51,883 nucleotides of DNA from positions 1 through 51,883 of IMG/VR virus record IMGVR_UViG_3300030380_000566, one strand, 5' to 3'. Under the pieces are notes generated by a model. The model saw only the letters and a program-made list of their open reading frames with translations, ran no database searches and was not told the origin of the DNA. Every line of letters starts with the position of its first letter. Position 1 is the first letter of the stretch. Shown piece by piece: positions 46,921 to 51,883 of this stretch. The translations under genes were made by a program, and so were the position numbers. This stretch comes from a virus. Its lineage: Duplodnaviria > Caudoviricetes.

Positions 46921-46996
46921 TTCTGGGAATTTTAAGCTATAAGGACTGTCCCAGCAGACTCTCAAAAGACCTTATAGTAAACCCTTTTTGAGGAGG
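46921..46996 (+). ncRNA. Structured RNA with two pseudoknots (possibly the Mu-gpT-DE motif or a relative)
   Basis: CTGGGA/TCCCAG, GCTATAAGG/CCTTATAGT, CTG/CAG and CTCAAAAG/TTTTTGAG pairings interleave. Preceded by TTTCCA-17bp-TATAAA. Confidence 0.6.
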
Positions 46997-47001
46997 TCAA
47001 T

Positions 47002-47484
47002 ATGGCTAATACAACTTTTAATGGTCCAGTCCGTTCGGAGAATGGATTTAAAACTATTATAAAAAATTCTACTACTGGTGCAGTTACCAGTGATATGACT
47101 TTATCAACTTACAGCACTTCAATAACTGTTGCTGCTACTGGTACTGACCACAAAGAAACTTCTATAGGCATACCAGCAAACTTTATACCCATGGGTGTAG
47201 CGATAACTGTAACTAGTGCTTCAGCTAATGCAGTTAATGTGGTCGACATAGGCACTGAAGATGATGATGATGGTTTTGTTGATGGTATAACAGCAGCACT
47301 AAACAGCACAGGCTTTAAAGGTTTCTTTCCTTGTAATGGAGTTTTAGGTATGAGTGGTGGTACAACAACTGCTGCTACTGCAACACCTGACGAAGTTCAA
47401 CTTGTAGTTTCTGGCACAGCTGGTGCTGGTGGAGTAGTCGCACTTAAATTTTTTGGTATATCTTCTGATTCGCCAACAACTTAA
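47002..47484 (+). CDS. Virion structural protein
   Basis: MANTTFNGPVRSENGF N-terminus; SD GAGGAGG. Confidence 0.7.
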   Translation: MANTTFNGPVRSENGFKTIIKNSTTGAVTSDMTLSTYSTSITVAATGTDHKETSIGIPANFIPMGVAITVTSASANAVNVVDIGTEDDDDGFVDGITAALNSTGFKGFFPCNGVLGMSGGTTTAATATPDEVQLVVSGTAGAGGVVALKFFGISSDSPTT

Positions 47485-47496
47485 TAGGAGTTTTAA

Positions 47497-47910
47497 ATGG
47501 CTAACATAGTAACAACCACTAAACTTTCTGAAAATGTAAATGAGGTTGTTTTTGCTTTTCAACTTCAATATGTTGACACAAGTGATGAATCAGGTGTAGT
47601 GAAAGTAGACGTATCAACTTTAGAACCAAACTCTAATGGAGATGCTTGTACTGGAGTTAAGATATTGGAATGTACTTGGGTTATATCAACTATGACTGTA
47701 CAAGTAGAAGCAGCAGCAGACACTAGTGTTATAATGCTTCACCTTACAGAGAACCAATCAGGCTATGTAGATTATAGGTCTATAGGAGGTTTACCTAATA
47801 CTAAAACTTTAGGCACAAACCCAACAGGCGATATTAAATTCACTACTACTGGTTTAGGTGCTACTGGTGATTCATATCAAATTGTAATGAGATTGAAGAA
47901 GAAATATTAA
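47497..47910 (+). CDS. Virion structural protein
   Basis: DES.V.KVDVS.L...GGL.N...TGDI.FTT...Y.IV..L.K; beta-rich. Confidence 0.65.
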   Translation: MANIVTTTKLSENVNEVVFAFQLQYVDTSDESGVVKVDVSTLEPNSNGDACTGVKILECTWVISTMTVQVEAAADTSVIMLHLTENQSGYVDYRSIGGLPNTKTLGTNPTGDIKFTTTGLGATGDSYQIVMRLKKKY

Positions 47911-48578
47911 TGGCAACTTCAGGAACAGTAGCATACAGACCTAATATAGAAGAAGTTATAGCAGAGTCTTTTGAGCGATGTGGCATAGATCCACAAACTC
48001 AAACAGGTCAAAAAGCTACCAGTGCCAGAAGAAGTTTAAATTTACTTTTTACTGAATGGTCTAATAGAGGTTATAACTATTGGACTGTTCAGTACAATAC
48101 TATAACTTTAACTGCAGGTACATCTAATTATAGCTTAACTGCAGGCATAGTAGATGTAATAGATATGGTCTATAGAAATAATAGTAATGACCAACCTATG
48201 CAAAGAATATCAATCTCTGAATATAATCAATTACCAGATAAAACTACATCAGGAAAATCATCACAGTTCATGTTAGACCGCCAATATACTCCAACAATAA
48301 ATGTATGGCCAGTGCCTGATAGTGCTGATGATACTATTAGATATTACGGTGTTTATCAACTTGAAGATGTAACAGCATCTTTTCAAGATACTGATGTTCC
48401 TTATAGGTGGACAGACGCAATGTGTGCAGGCTTAGCAGCAAAATTAGCAACTAAATTTGCACCTGAAAGGGCTGAAGGATTATATGTTCTTTATGAGAGA
48501 GCTTTTAAATTCGCTTCAGATGAAGAAGGTGCGAGTGTAACTTTGAGGGTTAGACCTTCTGGTCTAAATTTATACTGA
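47910..48578 (+). CDS. Head-tail adaptor (P22 gp4 / tail tubular A-like)
   Basis: MATSGT, ARRSLNLLFTEWSNRG, VWPVPD, VPYRW...M.AGLA motifs. Confidence 0.75.
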   Translation: MATSGTVAYRPNIEEVIAESFERCGIDPQTQTGQKATSARRSLNLLFTEWSNRGYNYWTVQYNTITLTAGTSNYSLTAGIVDVIDMVYRNNSNDQPMQRISISEYNQLPDKTTSGKSSQFMLDRQYTPTINVWPVPDSADDTIRYYGVYQLEDVTASFQDTDVPYRWTDAMCAGLAAKLATKFAPERAEGLYVLYERAFKFASDEEGASVTLRVRPSGLNLY

Positions 48579-48579
48579 T

Positions 48580-49416
48580 ATGGCTAGGCATGCAAAAGGC
48601 AAACGATCTTATGCAATATCAGATCGCAGTGGCTTTAAAGTACGTTATAGAAATCTAAAAACAGAGTGGAACAATCTAAGAGTTGAGCCATCAGAGTATG
48701 AGCCTAAACATCCTCAACTTACTCCACCTAAAAATATAATAGATGCTCAAAGTTTATTTCAACCTCGCCCAGATAACGATCCTGAAAATATATCTATATT
48801 TATAGGCTTTAATTGGTTTGCTCCTAAGCAGAGTATGATGGCTAGTGATTATGATGCTCCTCGTACTATAGGTATAAGGGCTGAAGGTAATGTAGGTAAA
48901 GTAGAGATAGAATTTAATAAAGAAGTTGTAGTAACAGGAGTAGGTGCTACTATTTTATTAGATGCTAATAATGAAGATGAAAGACAAGCTATAACTAATC
49001 CAACAGGTTTAAATGCTACTGGTAATGTAGGTGTTGAAAGTTTTGAAACTGAGCAAGTTGTAACAGGTGTTGCTGGTACTAGTGCTGTAGCAACTGTTGG
49101 TAGTAATTTAGGAATAAATATTTTAGTATCAGGAGTTGAAGCTACTGGTAATATAGGAACTGAACTAATAGAACAAGATAATCCTTCATGGGGAACAGGT
49201 ACATGGGGTGGTGGTGCTTGGGGTATTAGTCTTACAACAGTTGATGTTAGCAATGTAGGAGTTGAAGCTACTGGTAATATAGGTACAGAAACACCAACAA
49301 TAGAATTAACTGAAACAGGAGTAGCTGGTACTGGTACTACTGGTAGTGAATCTATTAACATTGACACATCTTCATGGGGTGATGAAGCTTGGGGTGAGGA
49401 CAACTGGGGACAATAA
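48580..49416 (+). CDS. Virion protein with TG-rich repeats and WG motifs
   Basis: SDRSGF...EWN.L.V...EYEPKHPQL N-domain, followed by GVEATGNIG repeats. Confidence 0.65.
   Translation: MARHAKGKRSYAISDRSGFKVRYRNLKTEWNNLRVEPSEYEPKHPQLTPPKNIIDAQSLFQPRPDNDPENISIFIGFNWFAPKQSMMASDYDAPRTIGIRAEGNVGKVEIEFNKEVVVTGVGATILLDANNEDERQAITNPTGLNATGNVGVESFETEQVVTGVAGTSAVATVGSNLGINILVSGVEATGNIGTELIEQDNPSWGTGTWGGGAWGISLTTVDVSNVGVEATGNIGTETPTIELTETGVAGTGTTGSESINIDTSSWGDEAWGEDNWGQ
49131..49283 (+). repeat. 27-bp perfect direct repeat inside a CDS
   Basis: AGGAGTTGAAGCTACTGGTAATATAGG at 49131-49157 and 49257-49283. Confidence 0.85.
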
Positions 49417-49417
49417 A

Positions 49418-50041
49418 ATGAATTTTACAAATTTAGTAACAAATATTAAAAATTTTATAGAGGATGATAGTACAGAGTTTGATACTTCTATACCTACTAT
49501 AATAACACAAGCAGAAAGACTTATATTTCAAAGAGCACCAAATTTACCTTGTTATAGAAATATAACCACTGGTACATTAACTGCAGGTACTGAAGATTAT
49601 ACTATCTCTACAGCTAGGATGATTAGAAATGTTTCTATAATTGTTAGTAATGAAAGAGTATTTTTAAATCATAGAGTAGATTCTTATTTACATGATTATT
49701 GGAAGAATAGTTCAACTCAAGCACAACCAGAAATATATGCAACAAAACAAGCAACAACATCTGGTGTAATTATTAAACTTGCTCCTACACCAAATTCAAA
49801 CTATACTTATTTTGTCGATTTTATTAAACCAGAAACAGGTTTGTCGGCTAGCAACTCTAATAATTGGGTTGGTGATAATGCGGAGAATGTTTTGTTAAGT
49901 GCTTGTTTATATGAAGCTAGTGCATTCCTAAAAGCACCAGAAACATTAGCAACATACAAGACTCAGTTTGATGAAGCAATAACTTTATTAGGCGAAGAAA
50001 TGAAAAGAAATTATCAAGCAGAATATGACGGAGGAATATAA
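49418..50041 (+). CDS. Second adaptor-like neck protein
   Basis: Start moved to ATG 49418; I.QAE..I, LAPTP...Y and LL.ACL.EA..FLK motifs. Confidence 0.65.
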   Translation: MNFTNLVTNIKNFIEDDSTEFDTSIPTIITQAERLIFQRAPNLPCYRNITTGTLTAGTEDYTISTARMIRNVSIIVSNERVFLNHRVDSYLHDYWKNSSTQAQPEIYATKQATTSGVIIKLAPTPNSNYTYFVDFIKPETGLSASNSNNWVGDNAENVLLSACLYEASAFLKAPETLATYKTQFDEAITLLGEEMKRNYQAEYDGGI

Positions 50042-50043
50042 CC

Positions 50044-50460
50044 ATGGCAATAACTCAAGCAATGTGCACCAGCTTTAAAGCTGAAATATTGGACGAACAA
50101 CACGACTTAGTAGCTGACACTATAAAAATAGCTTTGTTTACTAGCAGTGCTAGTTTAGGAGCATCAACCACAGCCTACTCTACCAGCAATGAAATATCAG
50201 GCACTGGTTATAGTGCTGGTGGTGAGGCATTGACAAGTAAAGTAGTAACTACCACAGGAACAACTGCATACTTTGACTCAGCTGACCCAACCTGGACAGG
50301 AGCAAGTTTTACAGCAAGAGGTGCATTAATTTACAATAGCACCAACAGTGATAAAGCTATAGCAGTTCTAGACTTTGGTGGTGATTTTACAGTTAGTGGT
50401 GGTACATTTAAAATAGTGTTCCCAGCAGCAGGAGCCAACGCAATAATAAGGATAGACTAA
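50044..50460 (+). CDS. Tail structural protein
   Basis: MAITQAMCTSFK, GTGYSAGG, ARGALIYN and VLDFGGD motifs. Confidence 0.7.
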   Translation: MAITQAMCTSFKAEILDEQHDLVADTIKIALFTSSASLGASTTAYSTSNEISGTGYSAGGEALTSKVVTTTGTTAYFDSADPTWTGASFTARGALIYNSTNSDKAIAVLDFGGDFTVSGGTFKIVFPAAGANAIIRID

Positions 50461-50461
50461 T

Positions 50462-51649
50462 ATGGCAAGTTCATACTCAACAAATTTTAAAATAGAAAAA
50501 ATGGCTACAGGTGACCAATCAGGCACTTGGGGCACAACTACTAATCACAACTTAGATATACTTGATAGGATCGCAGCATTTAAAGCAGTAGCTTTATCAG
50601 ATTCAGCAACAGCAACTTTAACAGTAGCAGCAGGTTCACCTAGCAGTGGCTCTAGTAATGTACAAGATGGGATGTTTAGAGTTATTAAATTTACAGGATC
50701 TTTAAGTCAAGCTTGTACAATAACTATAGCACCTTCAACTACAACAGCTTACTTTATTATTGAAAATGGCACCACTGGTAGTCAGAATATAATTATGAAA
50801 CAAGGCTCAGGTGCACAAACTGTTACTATTGCTGCTGGTAAGTCTGATATAATATATTGTGATGCTAGTGATGAGGTTATATCAGTAGGAACTAAAATAC
50901 CTATAACTTTTAATGTTGTTGAAGATACTTCTCCTCAACTAGGTGGTAATCTTGATATGAATGGTCAAGACATTGTTACCACATCTAATGCTGATATAGA
51001 TTTAGCACCTAATGGAACAGGTAAAACAGTATTAAAAGGCAATACTAATCCAGGAACAATGGTTTTTAACTGTGAGAGCAACTCTCATGGACAAACAGTT
51101 AAATCACAACCTCACTCAGCTAGTGTTACTAATGTATTAACACTTCCTCCTGGAGGTGACCAAGAGATTGTAGGTACAACAGCTACACAAACTTTAACAA
51201 ATAAAACTATAGGAGTAGCACAATTATCAGGTCAAGTTGCCATAGCTAATGGTGGTACTGGAGCAACTAGCTTAGCTGGTGCTAATATTGTTGCTTCTAA
51301 TGCAAACACAACTTTTACAAAAGCCTTAAGAGGATCTACTCAAACAGCAGGTTCTCAAACTGGTAGTGTCACCTTAGATTTTGACACATATCAAAACTTC
51401 GTGCTGACAGCTACTGGTAATGTTACTTTAGCTAATCCTAGTACAGAAGCAGTAGGACAATCTGGTATTATAGTTTTCATACAAGATGGCACTGGTAGTA
51501 GAACATTAAGTCTTGGTACAGATTATGAAACTGCTGGTGGTGCTGGTTTAACTATAAGCACTGCTGCGAGTGCAGTTGATGTTATACCATATTTTGTTAA
51601 GGCTTCTGGGTCAATACAATTAGGAGCACCACAACTTGCGTTTGCATAG
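50462..51649 (+). CDS. Tail fibre protein
   Basis: TGDQSGTWG..TN.N N-domain, DTSPQLGGNLD, QTLTNKT, IANGGTGA and QDGTGSRT fibre motifs. Confidence 0.8.
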   Translation: MASSYSTNFKIEKMATGDQSGTWGTTTNHNLDILDRIAAFKAVALSDSATATLTVAAGSPSSGSSNVQDGMFRVIKFTGSLSQACTITIAPSTTTAYFIIENGTTGSQNIIMKQGSGAQTVTIAAGKSDIIYCDASDEVISVGTKIPITFNVVEDTSPQLGGNLDMNGQDIVTTSNADIDLAPNGTGKTVLKGNTNPGTMVFNCESNSHGQTVKSQPHSASVTNVLTLPPGGDQEIVGTTATQTLTNKTIGVAQLSGQVAIANGGTGATSLAGANIVASNANTTFTKALRGSTQTAGSQTGSVTLDFDTYQNFVLTATGNVTLANPSTEAVGQSGIIVFIQDGTGSRTLSLGTDYETAGGAGLTISTAASAVDVIPYFVKASGSIQLGAPQLAFA

Positions 51650-51661
51650 GAGAAAGTATTA

Positions 51662-51883
51662 ATGCCAGTACAAGGTGAATTTTTTCAAAATCCTGGTTCA
51701 GGTGGTAGTGGATTTTATTCACATCAGATAAACCACTCAGTTAGATTTGATGATGGAAGTAGTAGTTATTTATCTCGTAGTAATAGTGGAACAGCTACTA
51801 ATGAAGATGTAGGTTTAATATCTTTTTGGTTTAAAAGAGGTAATAATCTAGGTTCTACAACTAATGAAGCTATAGCAGGAGGT
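51662..51883 (+). CDS. N-terminal part of a LamG/concanavalin A-like tail protein (runs off the window end)
   Basis: Not in the ORF track. SD AGGAG; MPVQGEFFQ...FYSHQINHSVRFDDGSSSYLSR...ISFWFKRG. Confidence 0.75.
   Translation, partial: MPVQGEFFQNPGSGGSGFYSHQINHSVRFDDGSSSYLSRSNSGTATNEDVGLISFWFKRGNNLGSTTNEAIAGG

Noticed and set aside
46921-46996. HDV-like or hammerhead ribozyme, or tRNA
   Set aside because: The helix order differs from HDV (the partner of the first strand lies inside the small hairpin loop). There is no CUGANGA/GAAA core and no cloverleaf or T-loop.
580-49403. Many short antisense or alternate-frame ORFs in the supplied track (e.g. 580-831, 16609-16947, 27834-28265, 48849-49403)
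   Set aside because: They lie within well-supported genes, lack SD sites and show no recognisable motifs; they are shadow ORFs.
1-51883. Alternative genetic code or prophage state
   Set aside because: Core genes are intact under code 11 and use all three stop codons; no integrase, att site or host genes were seen.

Overview
An AT-rich, almost complete, circularly permuted tailed dsDNA phage genome of about 52 kb. It resembles marine podovirus-type phages, and the host is probably an alphaproteobacterium (inference). The window starts and ends inside what looks like one LamG-type tail gene, with its middle missing. The plus strand (30.3 kb to the end, then 1-12.3 kb) carries terminase, portal, a cluster of tiny Lys-rich proteins, lysozyme, GroES, scaffold, major capsid, adaptor/tail/fibre genes, holin, a GNAT and ejection proteins. 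The minus strand (12.3-28.8 kb) carries replication genes: SSB-like protein, primase, UvrD and SNF2 helicases, a PD-(D/E)XK nuclease and, unusually, a family C DnaE polymerase with a separate DEDDh exonuclease. Best leads: (1) next to DnaE, a block with a variant ThyX, an FAD oxidoreductase, a HAD phosphatase and a DUF1599-like protein, a candidate DNA base-modification pathway; (2) a double-pseudoknot RNA at 46921-46996 that covers a Shine-Dalgarno site; (3) two portal-linked genes with a shared N-terminal leader, one with an R-S-E ADP-ribosyltransferase signature; (4) GATC found almost only as RGATCY; (5) repeated promoter cassettes with a palindromic operator; (6) a GGTAAC iteron origin candidate. 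I saw no tRNA, rRNA, CRISPR array, integrase, RNA polymerase or reverse transcriptase. All calls come from reading motifs by eye; no searches were run.
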